DNA of 34,165 bases from a virus (taxonomy: Duplodnaviria > Caudoviricetes). The notes below the pieces were generated by a model. It saw only the letters and a program-made list of their open reading frames with translations, had not been told where the DNA came from and ran no database searches. Numbering within the stretch: the first letter of the stretch is position 1; each line of letters opens with the position of its first letter. The stretch covers positions 1 through 34,165 of the IMG/VR virus record IMGVR_UViG_3300031811_000003. One strand, given 5' to 3'. The position numbers and the translations under genes were made by a program. This document shows, piece by piece, positions 1 through 7,344 of the stretch.

Positions 1-147
1 CCCCGCCTCGCCGAAGTTCGATTTTGTCTCTTCATAAAACCTTGCCTTGCCTTGCCCTGCCTTGCCGGGCCCCGCCTCGCCCCGCCCCGCCGTAGTTCGT
101 TTTTGTCTCTTCATAAAACCTTGCCTTGCCTGGCCCTGCCCGGCCAC
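1..147. repeat. Terminal direct repeat, left copy (circular assembly overlap)
   Basis: 1-147 matches 34019-34165 except at positions 14 and 21 (a in the left copy, t in the right). Confidence 0.9.
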
Positions 148-328
148 GCCGCGCCCAGCCGCAGTTCGTTTTTGTGTCTTGAAAAAACCTTGCCTTGCCC
201 AGCCGAGCCCGGCCCCGCCCCGCCACGCCACGCCGCAGTTCGTTTTTGTATCTTGAAAAAACCTTGCCTTGCCTCGCATCGCCACGCCTCGCCAAGCCGC
301 GCCAAGCCTCGCCCGGCCACGACAAGAC
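1..328 (-). ncRNA. Array of GGC-NN pentamer units separated by 29-bp AT-rich linkers; putative guide-RNA array of the adjacent RAMP/Cas7-like gene
   Basis: On the plus strand, NNGCC tracts lie at 42-91 (10 pentamers), 121-160 (8), 190-234 (9) and 264-318 (11, one GCA variant, plus 2 degenerate to 328). Linkers lie at 13-41, 92-120, 161-189 and 235-263. The repeat is seen directly; the RNA function is inferred. Confidence 0.75.
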
Positions 329-333
329 ATCAT

Positions 334-945
334 TCACGCCACGCGGTAGCGGCCAAACCCGCCTCCACATTGAGGACGGTAATCGCCAATACCAACTATC
401 CTGCCAGCAAGTCCCAAGGCGTCTCGCACGTGGGATTCATTTAGTATCGACGTGTCGATTTCCAATGAAAGATTGACGTGCCAGTCTTCAAACTTTGGGC
501 GACACCTTAGAACCCTGGCCTTGCCGACAACCACAGGACGCTTATCTATCGTGTACTTGGTTAGAGGCTTTCCTTTCGAGTCCACTAGAATCGAGTACGG
601 CTCAGTCATAAATACAGAACCCTTGGTAGCCGTGGTAGCGGTAAGTTTCCCAAACTTCTTTCCCGTTACAGCCCTGACCATCGATTTCAGAAAACCTTCG
701 GTAGGATGATAGAAGTTCCCCTCATCATCCCTGTAGAGTCTCAATCGCGCCTCCTCCTCGTCGTCGTATTTTTTCTTGCCGCTACTCAGATCGGCCTCTT
801 GATCGACTCCGATGAAGTTGGTCGGGTTGTTATGCAACAGCGGGGTCATCCCAACTACGCGGAAAGTAAATATCTCCGGTTTCATTGTTGCCGGCGCGTT
901 AAGCGATAATGCGTCAGCGATTCGATTGGTTTCCGTTAATTTCAT
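334..945 (-). CDS. Stand-alone RAMP/Cas7-like RNA-binding protein (~203 aa)
   Basis: N-terminal strand FRVVGMTPLLH, then YHPTEGFLKSM (resembles the RAMP P.s.lKG motif) and a C-terminal Gly-rich loop GIGDYRPQCGGGFGRY. SD AGGAGA precedes ATG 945; the longer ORF start at 981 lies inside the pentamer repeat. Confidence 0.75.
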   Translation of the reverse strand: MKLTETNRIADALSLNAPATMKPEIFTFRVVGMTPLLHNNPTNFIGVDQEADLSSGKKKYDDEEEARLRLYRDDEGNFYHPTEGFLKSMVRAVTGKKFGKLTATTATKGSVFMTEPYSILVDSKGKPLTKYTIDKRPVVVGKARVLRCRPKFEDWHVNLSLEIDTSILNESHVRDALGLAGRIVGIGDYRPQCGGGFGRYRVA

Positions 946-962
946 AATGTTCTCCTGAAATA

Positions 963-1034
963 AAGTGTAAAACCTTGCCATGCCCTGCCCGGCCCGGCCA
1001 TGCCCCGCCTTGCCCGGCCCCGCCGCGCCACGCT
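963..1034 (-). repeat. Single GGC-NN pentamer unit in the leader of the RAMP gene
   Basis: 11 NNGCC pentamers at 975-1029 plus one degenerate (acgct); on the minus strand it ends in GGCAAGGTTTTACACTT, like the unit at 33969-34030. Confidence 0.9.
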
Positions 1035-1061
1035 AAAACAACTCTTTCTGCTGCTCGTCTG

Positions 1062-2522
1062 TCATGCCCATGTTTTCTTGAATAGCCGCTCCTGCTCCTC
1101 AGTGTCAGCTTGAACCCGCTTTGCTTTCCTCAGTACCGATTCGATCATAGGGTATTCGACATCTGTAACGGGAATATGGACGTTCAATGGATGCTTCGAG
1201 CCGATCCGGTTAGATCGTTTGACGGCCTGATAGTAGCTCTCGTATGAATCCTGCAAGCCGCTAAATATCTGGCGGGTTGCAATTTGCAAATTAAGACCAA
1301 AGCCTAGTATCTTTGGTTTGCTGATTAGAACTTTAATCTCGCCAGCCTTGAACGCATCAACCAATTCTTGCCGCTTCTCATACGGTGTCGATCCTGTGAT
1401 GCTTGCCGCGTCCTGCATCTCTTTTTCGAGTAGCTCTTGTTCTCGATTATAAATGCACCAGATGAGCGTTGATTCTTTCGGCCATGATTCACACAGCTCA
1501 CGAATGAACCTCGGTTTGTTGCTGTGAATGTCCTTGCCGCGATAGTTGCCTTTTGCAATCTGGCCCATGACGGAACGCGACGTAATGCCTCCCATCTTCG
1601 TTGCAAATAATTCGCCGGTTTCGATTCCGATAATGTCCGTCTGCTGTTGCGTCAGGTCAACGTCATGGATATTTACGTGAATCGGTGGGATAGTTGTTGA
1701 GTTGTCTTTCCAGCCGTAGGTTGCTGGGTTCGTCAGGAAGAAAGCCCAATGGGAAAGAGCCCGATAGAACGACGATAGGGCATGGGGTTTCAGCACCCAT
1801 CGCTCTTGCGTCTGGCCCTTGTTCACAAAGTAGGTCGATAGGAAGGCGTTGACGTTCTGGAAGTGGTCGAGGAACACGGCATGATTTGCGTACTCGATCC
1901 GATCATTGGGAGCTGGCGTGCCGGTGCAGCATAGCTTCCAATCCAGCCCTTCCCCCAATCGCAACACCACCTGGCCCCATTTCCCATAATGGCTTTTCAG
2001 CATCGAACTTTCATCGAGAACCAATGCGCCGAGATTGCCTTTTATCGTCTCGTCATTCAGTGCATCGTAATTAACGATGCCGATCCGGCCTTTTTTCTGC
2101 ATCCATTCGTTGAGGTTTTTCGACGTTAGCACATCTGGCTTGAATCCGTAGAATCGTTCGCACTCATCAACCGTCTGCTTTACTACCATCAACGGCGATA
2201 CAATAAGGGTGTGCCTACCGTCCTTGTTTGCCGCCTGCGCAAACTCCAAGAGCATCGGCGTCTTGCCGAGTCCACAGTCAGCGAAGATAGCGAACTTCCG
2301 TTTTTTTATAGCTATTTCTGTGATTGCCTTTTGGTAATCGAATAGCCAATCGCTTATCGTCCAGTTGTTTTTTCTAGCCCGCTTTTTCTTTAGTCCTAAC
2401 TGGTCGGCGTACTCGTCTGGGAAGTGTGCAACGTGCCCCCGAATCCGATACGTTGGCAGTCGCTTGATCGCCAGGAATGTTTCGTAGTCCTTCATGTCGA
2501 GCGTGTCGAGCGTAACTTGCAT
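1062..2522 (-). CDS. SF2 (SNF2/DEAD-like) helicase
   Basis: Walker A DCGLGKT, motif II LVLDESS, motif III TGTPAPN, GFGLNLQ and motif VI QAVKRSNRIG. ATG 2522 overlaps the upstream stop (TGATG), with SD GGAGGT. Confidence 0.9.
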   Translation of the reverse strand: MQVTLDTLDMKDYETFLAIKRLPTYRIRGHVAHFPDEYADQLGLKKKRARKNNWTISDWLFDYQKAITEIAIKKRKFAIFADCGLGKTPMLLEFAQAANKDGRHTLIVSPLMVVKQTVDECERFYGFKPDVLTSKNLNEWMQKKGRIGIVNYDALNDETIKGNLGALVLDESSMLKSHYGKWGQVVLRLGEGLDWKLCCTGTPAPNDRIEYANHAVFLDHFQNVNAFLSTYFVNKGQTQERWVLKPHALSSFYRALSHWAFFLTNPATYGWKDNSTTIPPIHVNIHDVDLTQQQTDIIGIETGELFATKMGGITSRSVMGQIAKGNYRGKDIHSNKPRFIRELCESWPKESTLIWCIYNREQELLEKEMQDAASITGSTPYEKRQELVDAFKAGEIKVLISKPKILGFGLNLQIATRQIFSGLQDSYESYYQAVKRSNRIGSKHPLNVHIPVTDVEYPMIESVLRKAKRVQADTEEQERLFKKTWA

Positions 2523-3487
2523 CAGACCACCTCCGCGAATAGGCTCATTTGTTCGCTGCACATCTTCTCAGCTTTCCGCAGGTTGCGTTTTGCCGTCTCG
2601 AAGTATTCCAGCTTCAGTTCGCAGCCATAGAATCTGCGACCGGCTTTGATAGCCTCATATCCTTCCGAGCCGATCCCGGTAAATGGCGAGAATACAATTT
2701 CGTCTGGATCGGAAAACAGCTTTACGAGTCGTCGGATCAGCCCGAGCTGTAGCGGGCAGATGTGCTTTGTATCGTCTTTGCCTTTTGCTTCTTTGGTATT
2801 GAGCGTGTCCGTCTCTTTGATGTCCGTCCAGCACCCCTCTGCCCAGTCAATCCACTCGTTGCGCGATACCTCGCCTTTGGTGTTGATCGCTGTTTGATTG
2901 TCGCCCGGCACCCGAAACTTAATGACATAATCCAGCAGCGTCCCGCGTTGCTTCGCTCGGTCGGATTCGAGTCCGTTGAATTGCAATTCTCTCGATCGTG
3001 TACGAATGGCTTGCGATTGCGGATTCTTCCGGATTGCCCAGTCGTACTCGAATACAAGACCAGCTCGTTCTCCTATTCGGATATTGAGACCTCGGAAGTC
3101 GTGCAGGCCCACTTCGCCGGATCGCTTCATTCGTGGTATCTGTGCGACATGCACGCAGATGGCCCGGCCCGGTTTGATGACACGAGCCAACTGCCGATAG
3201 AAAAACGAAAGATGCAGTTTGCCCTCAGTCTGTAACCCTTCGCTGTTTCCTAAGTCAGCGGCCTCATTCGTGTAAGCGTAGAGGCTTGGGAATGGCGGGC
3301 TGAATACCGAGAAGTCTAACGAGTCCTCGGGAATGCTCGCCATGTGCGTAATGCAATCCACGTTCTCAACTCGCCACCTGTCGTCGCCCATCATGAATTG
3401 CTGAAACAGGTCGCTGTCGAATTGCTCAATCTCTTTTTCTAGCTGCGGTAGCTTTTTTTTATGTACTGCTACTTTCAAGTTGCTCAT
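2522..3487 (-). CDS. DNA amino-methyltransferase (N4-C/N6-A family, beta class)
   Basis: Catalytic motif FSPPF precedes the SAM-binding motif SPFTGIGS..G..ELK; also HICPLQL. Confidence 0.9.
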   Translation of the reverse strand: MSNLKVAVHKKKLPQLEKEIEQFDSDLFQQFMMGDDRWRVENVDCITHMASIPEDSLDFSVFSPPFPSLYAYTNEAADLGNSEGLQTEGKLHLSFFYRQLARVIKPGRAICVHVAQIPRMKRSGEVGLHDFRGLNIRIGERAGLVFEYDWAIRKNPQSQAIRTRSRELQFNGLESDRAKQRGTLLDYVIKFRVPGDNQTAINTKGEVSRNEWIDWAEGCWTDIKETDTLNTKEAKGKDDTKHICPLQLGLIRRLVKLFSDPDEIVFSPFTGIGSEGYEAIKAGRRFYGCELKLEYFETAKRNLRKAEKMCSEQMSLFAEVV

Positions 3488-3518
3488 CGCTTCACCCTTT
3501 CAAGTTAATTGTGGCCAA

Positions 3519-3824
3519 TCAAAACAACTCTTTCTGCTCCTGCCGTTTCGGTTTCGTGACGGACCAGACAACCGCCCACCTACCGCTTGTTGTGCGGCGC
3601 TTCTTCTGAGAGTCTTCGATAACACCCACCTCAACCAGCTCCACCCTCCTGGGCCTTTGGGTCGATGGATTCAGGCGTAGCCCTATCTGAATCTCTTCAT
3701 CTGTCGCGCCCCAGTCGCCAAACTGCACAATGAATCTGTACACATCCCCGCGCAACGTGTCTGCTGTTGCGAGGATCTTCACGGCAGCCGCTCGACTTGT
3801 CGCACTGTGCTGTTGAAACTTCAC
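3519..3824 (-). CDS. Small winged-HTH DNA-binding protein
   Basis: GATDEEI..LRLNPSTQRPRRVELVEVGVI..TTSGRWAVVW pattern common in phage wHTH proteins; overlaps the upstream stop. Confidence 0.65.
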   Translation of the reverse strand: MKFQQHSATSRAAAVKILATADTLRGDVYRFIVQFGDWGATDEEIQIGLRLNPSTQRPRRVELVEVGVIEDSQKKRRTTSGRWAVVWSVTKPKRQEQKELF

Positions 3825-4027
3825 CTGTCAACATCCCCCCTGGCTAGCATTCGCCGCCACTCTACGAAACGCTCATACACCACGGCGCACTCGCGTAGTC
3901 GCCGGTCTTCAGTCCTCTCAGCGACTGACCAAACGTCCTTCTCTTCGCACGATAGGACGTGTGCGATCCCAGCCGCGTTCCAGTTCGTGCCGATTAGCAG
4001 CTTCTTGATTATTTCACCGTGAGTCAC
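3821..4027 (-). CDS. Hypothetical protein
   Basis: ORF fills the gap in the operon; SD GGAG before the GTG start. Confidence 0.55.
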   Translation of the reverse strand: MTHGEIIKKLLIGTNWNAAGIAHVLSCEEKDVWSVAERTEDRRLRECAVVYERFVEWRRMLARGDVDR

Positions 4028-4039
4028 GATAGCTCCGAT

Positions 4040-4726
4040 TCAGAATGGCGACTCTTCGTGGACAGACAGCTCAACCACTGTCTCACCGTAGCTTTTTGTC
4101 TGGGTGGGCGGTGGGGTGTAGAGTTTCTTAATGACATCCCTTGCACCGCAGAATTCTCCACAGAACTTTCGAAGCGCCGTCTCTAAGGCTTCCGTGCGAT
4201 CGTCTCTCTCCACCCGCAATAAGAGGCTAGGCAGGGGTGGGCAGTAGCTCAGAAAGTCGATCCAGGGTCTACCTGTCACCACAAGAAAGCCGTGGCACTG
4301 GGCGAGATGCTCCGGTGGAACACCCCCATCCAGCAGCCATTTCACCTGGGTTTTGTAGGCCGGACCCTTCAGCTCAAGCCCACCCTCCTCACCAACCAGG
4401 GCGTCGGGGCTGCATCCGAAACGACCATCGTCGGTCAGGCAAAAACCAACCTGTTGTACCTCGCACGACTGGCTGAATTCATAGAAGCGTCTGGCCTCTG
4501 GCTCAAGGTGAGTCCCAACCGCCATTGCTCTAGAGGCGTACTGATCGTGCCTGCCGTACATTGGATCATAGACCTCAGCGATCAGGTCGTGGATGTAGCC
4601 CTTCGCGCCCGCTGCATACTCCCACTTTTTAGGCGAGATGATCCGGTGAAACTCTGAGGCTGTTGGCACACCCCTACGGGCCTCCCACCACTCCGCAGTG
4701 TACTGTTGGAAGTCGAAGATTTTCAT
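4040..4726 (-). CDS. YqaJ/lambda-exonuclease family recombination nuclease
   Basis: W..ARRG.PTASEF, G..LEPEAR, GCSPDALV, LELK, HLAQC motifs. Confidence 0.92.
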   Translation of the reverse strand: MKIFDFQQYTAEWWEARRGVPTASEFHRIISPKKWEYAAGAKGYIHDLIAEVYDPMYGRHDQYASRAMAVGTHLEPEARRFYEFSQSCEVQQVGFCLTDDGRFGCSPDALVGEEGGLELKGPAYKTQVKWLLDGGVPPEHLAQCHGFLVVTGRPWIDFLSYCPPLPSLLLRVERDDRTEALETALRKFCGEFCGARDVIKKLYTPPPTQTKSYGETVVELSVHEESPF

Positions 4727-5472
4727 TGGTATTTCGCCGCCTTTGCTTCCAAGGTCTGCTTGGCGGTACGAAACCGATCAGCGGGGAGCTTATCCAAGGA
4801 GTCGATCCCCGCCCACCGCAGCAGCGCACCCATCGCGTCATCGTCAGGGTGGATCGTTTCCATGATGGTGTTTAATTTCGCCACCTGACTCTCGTTGATG
4901 CAGCGGACTGGGACGTTGCCGTCTTGGTCCAACCTGGTGACGGTGACGTTGAAGATTCCCATCTCGATGTATCGTCGCGCGTAAGAAGTGGTACTGGCGT
5001 GCGCCTGGATCTGCGTCTTGTTGACCGTGCCCTTGATCCCAGCGTCGTCCAGCGGGAAGTCATCGCCGTAGCGACGGCAGTGACCGGCCTTGTGAAGAAC
5101 GTCGATGTAGACGTGGACGTTATTTTCTTTGGACGACTTCTCGGTCCCTGCCGAAAGAGAAAAACCGTAATGGGTGTAGTGCGGTCGGATCGCCTCATCA
5201 ACTGCCACAAGATCAGCGTACAGGCTATTGGTCTGCGTGTTGCGTAGCTTGGCTACCACGGGCTGGATGGCAGACTGGCACTCACTCATCGCCTTGTTGT
5301 ATGAAAGCTCTGCGGCCCTCGATTCTTTGCGCTCTTCGCCAGCGTTCCACCTCTCCTGAAGTTCCATTAGCTTTTCTAGTCGCTCGGTGTCGCAGCCACT
5401 TTCTAGCGCGGCCTGGATGAGAGTCATCGGTGTCGGTTCGACGGCTTGCGTTTCTGACAATTGATGCGACAT
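4723..5472 (-). CDS. erf: ERF-family single-strand annealing protein
   Basis: YADLVAVDEAIRP..YGFS and IQAHASTTSYARRY motifs; coupled to the exonuclease gene. Confidence 0.85.
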   Translation of the reverse strand: MSHQLSETQAVEPTPMTLIQAALESGCDTERLEKLMELQERWNAGEERKESRAAELSYNKAMSECQSAIQPVVAKLRNTQTNSLYADLVAVDEAIRPHYTHYGFSLSAGTEKSSKENNVHVYIDVLHKAGHCRRYGDDFPLDDAGIKGTVNKTQIQAHASTTSYARRYIEMGIFNVTVTRLDQDGNVPVRCINESQVAKLNTIMETIHPDDDAMGALLRWAGIDSLDKLPADRFRTAKQTLEAKAAKYQ

Positions 5473-5612
5473 CGGTTATTTCATCCTCCGAGTAAAAAAA
5501 AGATTGTTGCCCAAGTGATAAATCCAATCGCAAAGAAAAACGCCAGAGACTCAGGGGAGATTTGTTTGCCGATCATGCGCGTGGCTCCTTGCCTTCGTAG
5601 ATTCCTGGATGG

Positions 5613-5822
5613 TTATATTCCGCGCAGGTCATCGGCTATAGACTCTAGCTCGCAAGCTATCTCAGAGTAGTCGTTTTCGTCCGCCGGGAAATGCTTGACG
5701 AGAGTCGTGACTGCGTGACCTAGCCAAGCTAATTTAAACTCGACCTCTTCTACTGCGCTCTGGTTTTTTGGTTCCGGCGGTTCCTGGGAGTCGTAAAATG
5801 ACTGCAATCTGTCCATGTACAT
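5613..5822 (-). CDS. Hypothetical acidic protein
   Basis: ORF with a purine-rich SD (AAAGGA), in the early operon. Confidence 0.55.
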   Translation of the reverse strand: MYMDRLQSFYDSQEPPEPKNQSAVEEVEFKLAWLGHAVTTLVKHFPADENDYSEIACELESIADDLRGI

Positions 5823-5869
5823 CTTTTTTTCCTTTTTTTAAAGCCTGCCCCGCCGCCCAGCCAGGGAGG

Positions 5870-6091
5870 TCATGCGGCAGGGCGGTGTGGGTTCAACAGA
5901 CCGCCAGTCAAAGATTCACTAAGCACCGCCAACCGTCCCAAACGGTAGGCGGCTTCCAGCGCGTCCCTGACGCCCCAGATGCCCACTTCATGGAAATCCA
6001 AGGCGTCCATCCCCCGCTCTTCCAGGGTCTCAATCTCCATGTTTTTTCTGGCGATTGTGAGTAGTGCTGCCTGGATGTCGTCGTTGTTCAT
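5870..6091 (-). CDS. DUF6900-like small protein
   Basis: IETLEERGMDALDFHEVGIWGVRDALEAAY.LG signature; first gene after the leftward promoter. Confidence 0.75.
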   Translation of the reverse strand: MNNDDIQAALLTIARKNMEIETLEERGMDALDFHEVGIWGVRDALEAAYRLGRLAVLSESLTGGLLNPHRPAA

Positions 6092-6141
6092 CGTGTTAGC
6101 CTTTCGATTCTCGGGTGGTTGGTGTCTGTTGCCATGCCCAC

Positions 6142-6169
6142 ATTATAGACTTTATCGGCCCCGCGTAAA
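6142..6169 (-). promoter_or_regulatory. Leftward sigma70-like early promoter
   Basis: On the minus strand, TTTACG (6169-6164), 16-bp spacer, perfect TATAAT (6147-6142). Confidence 0.6.
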
Positions 6170-6198
6170 GCCTAATAACTGATGCATTTGTGTTTTTC

Positions 6199-6227
6199 TT
6201 GTTTTTTTCGGCCCCTACTGCTATCAT
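6199..6227 (+). promoter_or_regulatory. Rightward extended -10 promoter for the regulator gene
   Basis: TTGTTT (6199-6204), 17-bp spacer, TGcTATCAT (6219-6227). Confidence 0.55.
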
Positions 6228-6233
6228 GTGGTG

Positions 6234-6428
6234 ATGGTAGCAGCCACGAAGAAAAAAGGTAGACCGCCGCTTGAGCCAGAGGCCAGGCGAGTCATAGAAA
6301 TCAAGGTGCGCCTAAACGCCGCGGAGAAGCGATCGCTGGACGAGATCCGTGGCGACCTCTCGCTTGCCGTCTGGCTGCGTGATCTGGGCCTGGATCAGAG
6401 CGCAGGATTGCGCCGATGCGAAAGATGA
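6234..6428 (+). CDS. Ribbon-helix-helix-like transcriptional regulator (probable repressor)
   Basis: KKKGRPP basic arm, alternating strand IEIKVRL, helices AAEKRSLD and SLAVWLRDLGL; the only plus-strand gene, divergent from the early operon. Confidence 0.7.
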   Translation: MVAATKKKGRPPLEPEARRVIEIKVRLNAAEKRSLDEIRGDLSLAVWLRDLGLDQSAGLRRCER

Positions 6429-6449
6429 GTTTCTGTGCAGACTGTCCAG

Positions 6450-6794
6450 CTAGTCGGAAGTGGTGAAGTCCTCGCAACCATCGCAGAGATGGTAGAGGTC
6501 AGACTCTGGCTTGCGCGCTAGCCACTCGGCGCGCTGTTCGCCAACCGGACGCAGGGTTGGCAGACAGCGCCCATGAATCTCGCAAACTCGGGACGCGTGC
6601 TTGCGTTCTTTCGTCTCGCCAGTGCAACGACACGCAACCATAATCGCAACGCCGTCTCTTTCGACCGCTGCGCCCAAGTGCTCGCAGATAACTCGACAGA
6701 CTGCCCTTGGAAACCTTCCACGGTATGTGATAGTCCGGTCGCAATTTTCGCACACCAACCGCTTGCCGATTCTCTTCCAATCACATTCAGGCAT
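6450..6794 (-). CDS. Cys-rich hypothetical protein
   Basis: 11 Cys in 114 aa, including CxxC pairs; last gene of the late operon. Confidence 0.65.
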   Translation of the reverse strand: MPECDWKRIGKRLVCENCDRTITYRGRFPRAVCRVICEHLGAAVERDGVAIMVACRCTGETKERKHASRVCEIHGRCLPTLRPVGEQRAEWLARKPESDLYHLCDGCEDFTTSD

Positions 6795-7344
6795 AGCTTA
6801 CTGACGCCACTGCAGACGATGCATCGCAGTCTCCTATACTGGTTATCCCATCACCAGAGCAAGCGTTACCCGTGTATAAATCCGACGACGTGAATTCAAT
6901 TGGTTGTGTAAAGGGTGTTACCTGGCTTTTGCGCCAATAGATCGTCCCACCATCGCTTATTCCGTCAGCGACGGAACATTCCGCAAAGTAGGTCATGCCG
7001 TTATCCCATATCGCGAACTCAACCGACGATGAGTAAGGCCAACTGCAACTGGCTGCAAGGGTGAAAAGGCCGTGCCACCAACAATCCGTCGCGCCCTCAT
7101 CTTGGTTCAGGCAAATGGTGGTAGAAGATGCGTAGGACAGTACGAAAGACGTGTTGAACTCAGTACACGCCCCGCAGGAGTCATTTACAAAGGCCGAGAC
7201 AGTGACCTCAACGTCGCTCGGATGTACTACTGATGTATCGCCGCACATGATCTCTACGCCGCAACAGCCTGACGTATCTGCACACCTCACCCGCTCGCCA
7301 GCATTACGAATCCTCTTACCGTCTGTGTGTCGCAGTCTAGACAT
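6787..7344 (-). CDS. Cys-rich putative tail-tip protein
   Basis: 12 Cys in 185 aa, beta-rich; abuts the upstream stop. Confidence 0.65.
   Translation of the reverse strand: MSRLRHTDGKRIRNAGERVRCADTSGCCGVEIMCGDTSVVHPSDVEVTVSAFVNDSCGACTEFNTSFVLSYASSTTICLNQDEGATDCWWHGLFTLAASCSWPYSSSVEFAIWDNGMTYFAECSVADGISDGGTIYWRKSQVTPFTQPIEFTSSDLYTGNACSGDGITSIGDCDASSAVASVSYA

Noticed and set aside
42-318. Neutral microsatellite, or a G-quadruplex-only explanation
   Set aside because: Variation is confined to two of five positions and the tracts are punctuated by fixed-length linkers next to a RAMP gene. Two-tier G4 formation is possible but does not explain this organisation.
1-328. Canonical CRISPR array (29-39-bp repeats with 30-45-bp spacers)
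   Set aside because: The apparent spacers are built from phased GGC-NN pentamers and vary in steps of 5 nt, so they cannot be captured foreign DNA; there are no adaptation genes.
32-476. Arg/Gly/Pro-rich ORFs over the array (32-370, 47-256, 52-444, 111-320, 195-476; also 33944-34165)
   Set aside because: They are by-products of a stop-poor 5-nt repeat, open in several frames on both strands, with no RBS.
946-981. N-terminal extension MARFYTLFQENI of the RAMP protein
   Set aside because: That ATG lies inside a pentamer, while ATG 945 has a good SD.
5826-5854. Partial gapped match to the dinucleotide string of unit 42-91
   Set aside because: Only about 15 of 20 positions match, in a low-complexity T-run/C-run, so it is not distinguishable from chance by eye.
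5843-5891. GC-rich imperfect hairpin as a terminator
   Set aside because: The stem is imperfect and has no U-tract on its 3' side on either strand.
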